Of a DNA stretch of 64,000 nt, positions 13,608-25,168 are shown piece by piece (the stretch's first letter is position 1; every line of letters starts with the position of its first letter). The notes under the pieces were generated by a model that saw only the letters and a list, made by a program, of their open reading frames with translations, had not been told where the DNA came from and did not search any database. Both the position numbers and the translations under genes were made by a program. Where the stretch lies: NCBI RefSeq assembly GCF_006345805.1, contig NC_043001.1, positions 77,438,001-77,502,000 of the forward strand, read 5' to 3'. The DNA is from Octopus sinensis. Its lineage: Eukaryota.

Positions 13608-14555
13608 ATTGCTGTTTCTGATGTTGCTGTTGTTGTTTTATTTTCTCTTGACAATTTACTCGTATTAACGCTACAGATTTTCTCTTTTACATTGTTGCAC
13701 CCATTAAAAACACCGCCATCATTACTATAACTACCACCAACACCACCACGACCACCACCAACCACCACAACTACCACGACCACCACGACCACCACTACCA
13801 CTACCACCACCAAAACTACCACCACCACGACCACCACGACCACCGCAACCACGACCACGACCACCACAACCACCACCACCACTACCACCGCAACCACAAC
13901 CACCACCACCACCACCACCATCACCACCACTACCGCCACCACCACCACCACCACCAATACCACCACCACCACCAACAACAACAAAACCACCACTAGCACC
14001 ACCAACCACCACCAAAACCACCACCACCACCACCACCACTACCACCACCACCATCACCACCACCACCATCACACCACCACCACAATCACAAACATTACTA
14101 GCCGTTATACCACCACCACCACCACTAAAAAGCAACACCACTACCAATACTACCACCACGATCATCACCACGATCAGCCTCAACACTACCACGACTACCA
14201 TCAGTGGCAGTGATACGACGATGACTATCACCACCACCTCCACCACAGCCAGGACACCCATCACTCCTATTACTATCATCACTAACACTTCCAGCACAAG
14301 CACTACTGCCACCACATAAACCACCACCACATAAACCACCACCACCACCTCCTCCACCACCACCACCACCACCTGCGCTACCAATATTACCATCAAAGCC
14401 ACCACCACCACCACCACCACCACTTCTGCTACTACTTCTAGTGCTACTATACCAACAACAACGCTTCAAATATTACCACCAAAAGCCAATACCGCCACCA
14501 CCACCAACCACCACCACCACTCTTTCTCCTCCTCCTCCTCCTCCTCCTCCTCCTC

Positions 14556-14595
<40 letters not shown>

Positions 14596-14600
14596 GCCTA
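13027..14600. repeat. Trinucleotide repeat block: (AAT)n, (ATT)n, (GTT)n, long degenerate (CCA/ACC)n, (CCT)n, (ACT)n
   Basis: Read directly. Confidence 0.95.
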
Positions 14601-14880
14601 CTTATACATCAATAACACTGTTATAACCACTAGCAGGGTCGCATCTCAAGTCATTGCGAATAACAAACGTAAAATCATCATAGTAAGACAACATCAACAT
14701 CCGTTTCGATCTACTAGAAATAGCAGCTTGATTTCCCTCAAATTCTATATTACCATATAAAAATGTCGGGATATGTTATAGAGACGAAATAGTCAACAGG
14801 AACACTGTTGATCATAGGTCTGTTTCATCATGGTCAACCTAGGGTTAAATAATAATAATAATAATGATGATAATAACATA

Positions 14881-15003
14881 AAGAAGAAGAAGAAGAAGAA
14901 GAAGAAGAAGAAGAAGAAGAAGAAGAAGAAGAAGAAGAAGAAGAAGAAGAAGAAGAAGAAGAAGAAGAAGAAGAAGAAGAAGAAGAAGAAGAAGAAGAAG
15001 AAG
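14881..15003. repeat. Pure (AAG)41 tract
   Basis: 123 bp of uninterrupted AAG. Confidence 0.95.
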
Positions 15004-15159
15004 ATGACCAACTACAGCAACGTCTATGACATCATCAATGTTACCAATAGAAACACCTGGACCGATGACTGTGTCAGTATGTGTTGTTCAACTAGCTAGA
15101 AATAGCAGTCAATTCTCCCTTAAAGCATACCAAATCGTTTTAAAATAGAACACAGACGC

Positions 15160-15410
15160 AGGTATGGCTATCTGGTTAAGCTCACTTTGCAATCAGATAG
15201 TTTCGGGTTCAGTCCCACCGAGAGGCCCCTTGGGTAGGTTTCTTATACTTTAGCTCCGCGCCGACCAATGCTCTGTGACTGAATTTGGTTGGCGGAAAGT
15301 GTATGGAAGCTCTTCGTATGTGCTTGTGTGTGTGAGTGTGTGTATTTGTTTTCCCCCACTGCTTGGCACCTTGTGTTGGTTTATTTACAAACCATCATCA
15401 ACGCTAAGAC
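15160..15410 (+). mobile_element. SINE family A, old copy (5' part)
   Basis: TGGCTATCTGGTT A box-like, GGGTTCAGTCCC B box, CCTTGGGTAGGTTTCTT CORE-like segment, internal (TG)n. Confidence 0.65.
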
Positions 15411-15962
15411 TCTTACGCAGAAGGTTCACTTTATTCGTCCATCTCCCAGAAACAGTAGCCAAATTTCCCACAGATGGCATATTACTAAAGTCCTTAGCTC
15501 CGTACGGAAGATAGGTCATCGACAGCTTTTTCCCTTTTCTCCACTTTAGGCTGTTTTTTCTGATTTTCTCCGGTTGTATTCCTGCTTCTTCAGCTCTACC
15601 TTAGTAGCCTAATTCCTATGTTTTAAAGATCTCCCAGATCTTGAATTGTTATTGACGCCTTCGCATCTTTGCATCTTTTGTAAGGATTTTTGGCCCTATG
15701 CAAACCCATGTTTACCTCTGGGAAGAGGCGGCCCGTATTAGTTTGACCTCCGTATTAGTTTCACTTCCGTGCTGGGCACGAAAGTCCCTACAACGCTTGC
15801 ACCTTGTGGGCGTAACACTCAGGTCCTTTGAAACACTGAAACCGATACACAACAACCAAGACTACACTTTGTAGTGGTCAAATGACATTTGTACTTTCCT
15901 CTCTCAAAAAATGGAGACGTTTGGTATAACCTTAGATATAAATATCAAAACAATATGGCTAC

Positions 15963-16254
15963 GGGCATATGGCTTAGTGGTTAAGAGCGCGGGCTTCTAA
16001 ACCCAAGATTTCGAGTTCGATTCCAAGCAGTGACCTGAGCAATAACAATAACAACAACAATAAGAAGAAGAACATCGAAAAATACATTAGGAATGAGAAC
16101 CCACATTCGAAAATTCCCCAAGACACATGAAGAAGGCTGGAGGGTATCTCAGCCGAAACGTTGTGTTAACAACAAATAAGATGAGGACAAATATCCGTCA
16201 AATTTAAATAATGTAAATAATGTACATAATTCCTTATCTCTTAAATATAGAACT
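15963..16254 (+). mobile_element. tRNA-headed SINE-like element carrying a hammerhead motif
   Basis: Head 15963-16036 has A box TGGCTTAGTGG, anticodon-like loop CTTCTAA and B box GAGTTCGATTCC. It is followed by an (AAC/AAT)n spacer, the hammerhead at 16122-16167 and an AT-rich tail. Confidence 0.7.
16122..16167 (+). ncRNA. Type I minimal hammerhead ribozyme motif (C3-to-A variant in this copy)
   Basis: Stem I GACAC/GTGTT; core (A)TGAAGA plus A; stem II GGCTG/CAGCC; GAAA; palindromic stem III ACGT; cleavage triplet GUU. Confidence 0.7.
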
Positions 16255-16752
16255 GAAAGTGGTTGGATGCTCGTGTTTGGAGTGCCTTCATTACAGATCT
16301 GCTCTATCACAGCTGACTTGGGTCTAAACAACAACAACAACATCACCAACACCACATCACTAACACTGCCACCACCAAATCCAAAACAGAAACCACCATT
16401 GACAATTACGCACAAGCATTTGTGACCATCTCGTCGAATTGTACTTGAGACTACTTCGTCCAAACTGTCCTTCTTTAAAAATATGTTACATATGATTTAA
16501 GAGAGTTTTAGCTGCAATTACCAACAAGTTGCTCAACAGCATAGAGATCATCATTGCTTCCTATGTCGTTGGTTTTCGCCTGATGATTAAAAGGCACTCC
16601 AGCCGTGACTATTCCTCTTTGAGAGAAATATGGTTGTTATCTCTAGCATATTTAATAACCACCTAGAAGCTCACTCTTTCTGTAGTAAACGCCTTGAGAC
16701 TGTACCCTACCATCTTAAAAACCCACAAACACACACACATGCATACACACAG

Positions 16753-16779
<27 letters not shown>

Positions 16780-16788
<9 letters not shown>

Positions 16789-17005
16789 GATACACTCATC
16801 AGAGAAGCAGCTTGTGTGTGATCGCTTTGATTTGCAGAAATGGTAGGCAAATCTTACTTATATCAAATCTTTGTGATAGATCCTCCACCGGTGTAGACGA
16901 GCAGTGTTCAGTTGTTTGAATAGCAGAACTACCAACCCGTTAAAATGATATGTGTGTGGCTGAATATTCCACTACAGGCATTCGTACCCTTAACTAGTTC
17001 TCAGG
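16780..17005 (-). mobile_element. Old SINE remnant (family D) sharing a central domain with SINE B
   Basis: Reverse complement of 16950-17005 (CCTGAGAACTAGTTAAGGGTACGAATGCCTGTAGTGGAATATTCAGCCAC) matches the SINE B segment CCGAGAACTACGTTAAGGGTACACGTGTCTGTGGAGTGCTCAGCCAC. Confidence 0.5.
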
Positions 17006-17279
17006 TCGCTTCTTTGTATCTGGTGCGCTTCCGTACAGTTTTCGATCCAATTTACTCCCAAAGTCAACCCGAAAATCTATAAACATTGAATCTATGTACA
17101 TCTAATAGCGGATGCCACCTGAGATATTGTGACAATTTTTACTAGTAAAAAGGTTGGAAGTTTACGGTTGGAGCGCGTGTGATCATAGAACTGGCCGCTA
17201 AGTGTTGAATTATGATATGACCATGCGCACACCGACATTATGAACTTTCACTCACCCTCTATTTCTCTGCGCTCTATCC

Positions 17280-17721
17280 CCCCATATCTACCTACCTACC
17301 TTCCTACCTACCTATCTACCTACCTTCCTACCTACCTTCCTTCCTACCTACCTATTTACACAAATAATACCTTCCCCTTTTGCTTATATAATTATTCCCC
17401 CACTCTTTAATCTATTTCCTCTCTTCCTTTCTCTCCCTGTCTTATTTCCTACTCCTCATCCTCCCCTTCATTCCAATACTCATTTACATCTTCCATACAC
17501 TCATTAGAATGTTACAGTTACAAATACTTCACCAATGCTAAGCTGTTTAATTGCAGCAATGAATCTTCCTCAATTCCTCTGTCTGACTCTCTCTCACTCT
17601 CGCTCCTCTCCCTCTACATGGAAATGTACACGCTCATCTGTCTTGTTTCCTCCTATCACACGCATATATATACACACACTCTCTGTCTGTCTTTCTCTTC
17701 ACATGTGTGTATATGTCAATC

Positions 17722-17815
<94 letters not shown>

Positions 17816-18175
17816 AAGTTACATATATACATACGTGCAAACATACATGCAAACATACATATATATATACACTTATATAGTCTTACTTTGTGTGCGTGTA
17901 TATATATACTTACATATATTGCACACACACACAGGTAGATATATATATTTACATAAGCGCATATATACATACTCCTTCTCTTATTCTCTCTCTCTCTCTC
18001 TGTCTCCACTCTCTCTGTCTCCACTCTCTCTTCCCCTCTCTCTCTTTTACTCCCTCTCACTATATATGCACTATATATGTGTATGTGTGTGTATACATAT
18101 ATATTTCTGAATATATATATATATATAATCATATAATCATATATCTATAAGGCATACACAACACACTCTGTCTCT

Positions 18176-18243
<68 letters not shown>

Positions 18244-18635
18244 TATATATACGCACGAACACTGGCGAATATACACGTTTTCTATATTTCTGAGCTTTGA
18301 AATACATCTCTATATATGTGAGTTTACCTCTAATTATGTATATGTGTCTGTCTCTGATAGTCTATCCTTGTGATCGACGAACATAGACATACAATGTTTC
18401 TCTCTCTCACTCCTCATTGATCTGTATCTGTTCACCAATATTATCTATTACGGTCGATTTTATTGCTAGTTCGAACAATGGCCATCATTGTCATTAAAGG
18501 CAGTTAGTTTTCTCTCTCGTGCTCAAAACCACCACAGCGTGAACAGGGGTGTATACAAACGTAATACATGTGTGTGTGTGTATATATATATGTGTATATA
18601 CATATATATATATATGTGTATATGTATATATATAT

Positions 18636-18666
<31 letters not shown>

Positions 18667-18904
18667 TTATATATATATATACACAGATTCATAATTATAT
18701 GGATACACATACACACACACATATATATACACATGTCTATATATACTTAGAGACATATATTTGTGTGGATGTGTGTGTGTATAATGTACAAAGAAAATTA
18801 TGCATATAAGCGGATGTCTTCAGATATGTATTATAGATATATTAACTGTGTGTGTATGCGTGTGTATCTATCTATGTATCTATCTATGTATCTATGTATC
18901 TATG

Positions 18905-18966
<62 letters not shown>

Positions 18967-18992
18967 ACTATCTATCTATCTATCTATCTATA

Positions 18993-19074
<82 letters not shown>

Positions 19075-19300
19075 CACACACACACACATATATATATATG
19101 CCTGTATATACTCACACACACTTGGAATCATACACATATAAACACATACATATAATATACCGACATGTTTATATTTGTATGTCTGTATACATATGTGTTT
19201 ATATATACATTGACGTATGTATGTATGTATGTATGTATGTATGTATATATATATATATATATAATATATGTATATATGTATATATACATACATAATTTAT
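17280..19300. repeat. Microsatellite field: (CCTA)n, (TA)n, (CT)n, (CA)n, (TATC)n, (TATG)n
   Basis: Read directly. Confidence 0.9.
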
Positions 19301-19931
19301 GTGTGATGCATTGTAATTAGTGCTAGTATCTGGCGGATAGAGAAAAGTGCAGTCTGGTTGTAGCTTATATATATGTATATATGTGTATATGTATATATGT
19401 ATATATATGTATATATATGTTTGCTTAAAAGCAGGGCTGCATAATATATCTACAGATTTCAACCAGTACTGTATGTAATAGAAACATAGCAACGAAATCC
19501 TTGTGGACAGTAAAATACGTATTATCAACCCTACTGGTTTGGAACCTGTATTGAGATTTCCTCAACATCCGTGAACCCTCAGTATCTGAAACATCTATAG
19601 GTTTCCATTAATGAAACTTTGGCAATTTCGACGTTCCTATTTGCGTATATTACGCAGCATTGTTTGCATCTATGTCGAATTATTAAAAACCTTAATAGAC
19701 TAGTAATGTTTTGTTACAATGCCAAGCTGTAGCTAAGATCGTATCTCTATAATGTAGTCAATACTGTATGTATAGAGAGAAATGTCAAGACATAGTCTTT
19801 ACCTTCATGTACAGAAAAAAAGAAACGTATCTCCCGGACTAGTTTTAACCGTTTTATACACACTCACAGTAATGCTGCTAAAGAGGCGACTATATCATTG
19901 AAGAAAATCGAAATGACCATATATATATATT

Positions 19932-20067
19932 CTTTTCTACTCTAGTCACCAGGACCGAAAATTTTGGGGAGGAGGCCAGTCGATCACATCGACCCGAGTA
20001 CGCAACTGGCACTTAATTTACCGACCCCGAAAGGATGAAAACGAAAGTCGACCTAGGCAGAATTTCC
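19932..20067 (-). mobile_element. SINE family C, 3' fragment
   Basis: CGACCCCGAAAGGATGAAA and ATCGACCC..GTACGCAACTGG motifs. Confidence 0.8.
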
Positions 20068-20299
20068 ACATAAATATTGTATATAAAATAAAGTGTTTAC
20101 GTCTGTCTGTCTGCCTGTCCGCTGGTCTGTCTGTTTCTCTGTTTGTCTCTCCCTTCCTCCCTCTCTCTCTCTTTCTCTCTCTCTCTCTCCCTACATATAT
20201 ATATATATACATGCGCGCTTGTCTGTGTGTGCAAGTGTCTTTGCATATATAGATACATACACACAAACACACAAACACACACACACACATGTACATATA

Positions 20300-20530
20300 T
20301 ATTGGCTTTACTTATTTCAGTCATTGGATTTCGGTCTTGCTGGAGCAGTGCATTCGAAGACTTAATCGAACAAATTGACCCAATATTTATTTTTAAGCCC
20401 CGTACCTATTCTGTTGGTCCCTTTTTGCCCAACCGCTGTTTCACAGAGACGTAAACAAACCTATATCAGTTATCAAGCTGTACTGGGATACAAACACAAG
20501 CACACACACGCACAAACATACACACACATA
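20300..20530 (-). mobile_element. SINE family A, 3' half, diverged
   Basis: TTTCAGTCATTGG..GCTGGAGCA and CCCGTACCTATTCTGTTGGTCCCTTTTTGCC..AACCGCT, followed by (CA)n. Confidence 0.7.
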
Positions 20531-20762
20531 CACATATGAAACATCGGTGTTTGTCTGCATCCTGGATGAGGACGAACGTTGATGTTCCAGGTGCAGGGTC
20601 GAGCATTTTTAAGGGATTCCTCTCACTACATGAAACCATAAACCATAAGTAAAGGAATTTATCAATCAATGCGTTGTTGTGCACTCATATTCATTGTTCG
20701 ATACTGACGTGTGTATGTATAAATGTGTGTGTGTGTCTGTATGTGTATGTCTGTATCTATCT

Positions 20763-20884
20763 AGGGAGTGTTTACGAAAAAAACAAAAGACGAAGACAGG
20801 TGGTGTACAATACAAACAGATGTATTAGTATAACGCTCAGCAATAGAAAAAAGTCTTTTACGTTTCGAGCCTACGCTCTTCTGC
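20763..20884 (-). mobile_element. Hammerhead-bearing short element, family X, truncated in the ribozyme core
   Basis: Reverse complement GAAGAGCGTAGGCTCGAAACGTAAAAGACTTTTTCTATTGCTGAGCGTTATACTAATAC...CGTAAACACTCCC aligns closely with 24407-24523. Confidence 0.85.
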
Positions 20885-21322
20885 CTATCTATTTACACAC
20901 ACACATACACACACACGCACACACACGCACACGCACACACACGCACACGCACACGCACACACACGCACACGCACACACACACACACACATGCACACACAC
21001 ACGCACACGCACACACACACACACACGCACACGCACACGCACACACACGCACACGCACACACACACACATGCACACACACACACACACACAGAGGTTATG
21101 TATAAAATTTAAGCTTAGCCAGGAGACTTTAAAATGAGTTGGATATATCCCTAGTAGTGTACTCTGACAGCAAAGTCAACACATACGGCTACCAAGCGTC
21201 TGAGGATGATGCCTGGCATGTATGTATGTATGTATGTATGTATGTATGTATGTATGTATGTATGTATGTATGTATGTATCTATCTATCTATATATATATA
21301 TATGGGTATATATGTATAAGTA

Positions 21323-21535
21323 CGAGGCGCTACTGAAAACTTTCTGACTTTGAGTAAAAGAAAATACCAGAGCATCAGTCAATTATGATTTTATTCGACA
21401 TATTACTCCCCCAGATCCCCACAATTGTAGCGGTCCTTCGGCTTTTCTAAGCTCTGTAAAAGAACTCGGAAGTTTGGGTCTCGAGCCAGGCTTTTCGCGA
21501 TACCTTTTAAGCCAGGAACTTTTCAACACCCCTTC
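21323..21535. mobile_element. About 210-bp mariner-type MITE
   Basis: TA-flanked, with imperfect TIRs CGAGGCGCTACTGAAAACTTTCTGACTT / AAGCCAGGAACTTTTCAACACCCCTTC. A second copy lies at about 42630-42811. Confidence 0.75.
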
Positions 21536-22101
21536 TATGTGTTTATATATATATATATATCTGTGTGTGTGTGTATATCATCGAAAATGTATGCGATCTT
21601 TCGCATAGTGTATCAAATACATACATACGCACAGTTTAACACACGTACATATGTTTATGCATATATGTTACTGCTGTTGATTACTCACGATCTTTATTAC
21701 CTCCATAATTATTTATTTAGCCTCTATCTCCAAGCCATGTATTTGATGGCTTATAGATTTCATTAAAGATAGCATTAAAATTATATCTGTATACAAATAT
21801 CTGTTTACCGTGTCCTTGTAATGTATGGAAAGATCGATTACATTTTCTCTACCTTTCAGGTAGTTACAAATACCGTATTATGATTGGTTAATTTTTCGCG
21901 TGACATTCTGGTAAAATGTCCCATCTATTGCGGAATATTTCCTCATGACAACATCTTATTTGTTTGGCAATCATCTTTGCGCCATTTCCCTACTGCTGGG
22001 AATCTGATAGAGATTGTTTTATAATTGAATGTAGGATGGTGACTCATCATGATGGGGGAGAGGGTGTCACATCATGACAGCCATAATTATTCTTCTGATT
22101 A

Positions 22102-22315
22102 AGGCGGCGAGATGGCACAATTGTTAGCAAGCCAGGCATAATGCTTAGCAGCATTTCTTCCGTCTTCACGTTCTGAGTTCAGATCCCACCGATGTCGAAA
22201 TTTGTCTTTCTTCTCTTCAGGATAGATAAAATAGGTACCCGTTGAGTACTGGGGTTGATCTCATGGACCTATTCTTCTCTCGAAGTTGCTGGCTTTGTGC
22301 CAAAACTTGAAATAA
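22102..22315 (+). mobile_element. SINE family C, full-length, diverged
   Basis: GGCGGCGAGATGGCAC head, GAGTTCAGATCCC B box, GAGTACTGGGGTTGAT, tail GCTGGCTTTGTGCCAAAACTTGAAA. Confidence 0.8.
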
Positions 22316-22669
22316 TTATGCTTCCAACTCCCTAACTCTTGCACAATGTGCAATTTCGTCATCACACAAAAGTGTATGTGTATAGGAGTGGTACTCTGAA
22401 TATCGCGTAATCTATTCTGGTATAACACACACACACATACACACACATACACACACACACATTCACATTCACATGTGATAATACGCGTCATAACCTTGTT
22501 GTGTTACAATAAAAGTTATGGCGCTGATTCGATTGTACCGCGTTGCAAATCAAAGCCTGAAGCAGTCGATATGAAAGAGTAATTTACGAGGCAGATGGTA
22601 AAAGGATAAATTTGACTTAATTAGTTGTAGCCACATAGCTCGCACGTACCGTTCATTAGCCTTTATCGT

Positions 22670-23078
22670 TTACCTGTTTCAATCATTAAACAGCGTACAT
22701 ACTGAAGCAACACCTTATTGGGTTTACTGGAACAAATCGACCCCAATACTTACTTCTTAGATCTAGTACTTATGTTATCAGCTTCTTTGCCGAACTGCTA
22801 AGTTATAGGAACGTAAACAATCCAACCCTGGTTGTCAAGCGCTGCGTGTGGTGACAAGCATAAAGACATTCACAGATATATACATATGTATATATTACGT
22901 ATACACGCACACACACTCACAAGCACATATATGTTTCCATCTACCAAGTTCCCTCATAAAAGCATTCATAAGCCCAAGGACATAGAAGAAACTTGTCTAA
23001 GGTACTGCACAGCACGAATTTACCGGAAACCACAAGTATTCGAAGCGACCTGCTTAGCGACACACCCATGCCAGCGCA
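22670..23078 (-). mobile_element. SINE family A, old full-length copy
   Basis: Collinear with the family A consensus, with an internal (TA)/(CA) block. Confidence 0.7.
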
Positions 23079-23267
23079 GGGATGTTTTTTTTTTTTTACA
23101 GAAACATTAAGAAAAAATAGTCTCACTCTTCATTTGAACAGAGTTATTGCTGCAGTAGACCAATCAATGATTCACTATTTCCAGTTGGGGACTAGGTTTT
23201 GTTTGAACATTCAGTTTTCAAAATTTTGATTTCTGCTTACCGCGCTGCTTCCAGTTATATATTTTAT

Positions 23268-23412
23268 ATATTGGCTTCAAAGTTTGGTGCGAGGTAAGCA
23301 GTTTTGGTGGGGTGAAGTGATAAGTCGATTAAATTGACTCCAGTGTTCAACTGGTACTTATTTTATCGATCTTGATTGGATGAAAGGCGGCAAAGTCAAC
23401 TTCGGAAAATTT
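23268..23412 (-). mobile_element. SINE family C, 3' fragment
   Basis: CCAGTGTTCAACTGGTACTTATTTTATCGA..GGATGAAAGGC motif. Confidence 0.7.
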
Positions 23413-24065
23413 TTTCGTACGTTCATTTGCGTAGGTTAGCAACAGTCAGTGACTGAGGGAACATAGTTTATTGACCGAAAACATGTTGAATTATATATAT
23501 CGTTAGCCAAAGAATCCTGTTTCTGGCAATACATAAATACGTCTAGTATCAAATCTTTCCATGGACACTTACAATGCTACTATGGATGCATAATTGACAA
23601 TTTTCTTTGCGTGGACCTCACTAAAGTTTATATGGATTCCGAAAGGTCATAAGGATCCCAAGAGATCATTCTGGACCTCAGTTGAGATCACTAGTCTAAA
23701 ACGTCTAAACGTCTGTTTGTATAGGAGCAGCAGCAGCAGCAGCAGATGTAGAAACATTTCATAATGTGGTCTGAACTTGTAGTATTGTAGCTGTTGTTGT
23801 TGGTAGTGTGAGAATTACAAGTGATTTTGATATTGGAATGGTTTTTGAGATTCGTGTTGTCGTTGGGTGCTGAAGTATTTGGGGGGATGCCGAAAAGGAA
23901 GACATATTTCAATTTTTTCAGAAAGACTGATAATAGCATTTTCTCATGTTCATTGATAATAGCATTTTCTCTTATGCATAGGTACTACATAAAAAACAAT
24001 ATCCATAGACTCCGAATGGATTTGAATTTCAGATAACTGAGACAAATCATTGGAGAACACTATTC

Positions 24066-24520
24066 TTATTCTTTTATTGTCTTACTTGTCTCAGTTATTT
24101 GGTTGCGGCAATACTGGAGCACTACCTTAAAGGATTTTAGTCAAAGAAATCGTCCCCAGAGCTTACTCGCTTACTCTTTGTAAGCTATGTACTTATTCTA
24201 TTGGTCGCTTTCGCCGAACGGTTGAATTACGGGGAAGGAAACACGCCAACATCGGTTGTCAAGCGATGGTAGGGGACAAACACCGACATACACACACACA
24301 TAAATATATACATACATAGATATGTGTTTATATATTTTTCTCTCCTTTTTTTCTCTCCTTTTTTCTCTCCTTGTTTCTTCCCTTGTTTTCTGTGTCTCTT
24401 GCTGTAGAAGAGCGTAGGCTCGAAACGTAAAAGACTTTTTCTATTCCTGAGCGTTATACTAATACACCTGTTTGTTTTGTACACCAACTGTCTCCGTCTT
24501 TTGTTTTTTTCGTAAACTCT

Positions 24521-24567
<47 letters not shown>

Positions 24568-24700
24568 ATATATATATTTACGACGAACTTCTTTCAGTTT
24601 CCGCCTACCAAATCCACTCACAAAGCCTTGGACAGCCAGAGGCCATAGTAGAAGACACTTGCCAAAGGTGACAGTTAGTGGGACTGAACCCGGAACGATG
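24066..24700 (-). mobile_element. SINE family A interrupted in its internal microsatellite by a family X element
   Basis: 3' half at 24066-24300, insertion at 24336-24524, (TA)n, then 5' half at 24579-24700. Confidence 0.8.
24336..24524 (+). mobile_element. Hammerhead-bearing short element, family X
   Basis: Pyrimidine-rich leader; motif CTGTAGA A GAGC GTAG GCTC GAAA CGT A AAAG at 24402-24433; T-rich tail ending in (TA)n. Confidence 0.85.
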
Positions 24701-25168
24701 TATATCATATACAAAATGTATATGGACTGGGTCTGAACAACAACAAGGGCGATGCCAACACCCACAACATGTTTTTATTTTTCAGGCCACGTTTCCAATG
24801 AAGTGTGCTCGTGATACTGTTAATTACCGTTGCCCTCATGTCAATCTCGATTGAGTCTATCAATGAGGAGGAGCGTTTCACGCATGACCATTTTGTCTTT
24901 ATCTCCAGACGACATTGTCCAATTTTCTTGTGTCTTCGGAAGGTCATTATGACAATTTTGAACACATGCACTGGTTGTATCTCATTTCTTGCTTAACTGT
25001 TACCCAATTAATTAACAGATTGTTTGATAAATCGTTAGGTCAATAAACCAATCAGCAAGATTTACCAAAGCTCTTTCATTTGCGACCTCATCAGTGACGT
25101 GCTCTTTCTACTCCAAGTCTGCTTCAGGTTTGGTTATCACTTAGTTTATGAGTTCTATATATTTATAT

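Noticed and set aside
13568-14626. Val/Gly-rich and Pro/Thr-rich ORFs (up to 230 aa)
   Set aside because: Products of (CCA)n/(GTT)n tracts, with no unique coding flanks or splice support.
14830-15099. Poly-Lys ORF
   Set aside because: (AAG)41 microsatellite.
21840-21900. Strong polypyrimidine/AG acceptor-like site
   Set aside because: All three downstream frames stop within about 11 codons and no donor is evident.
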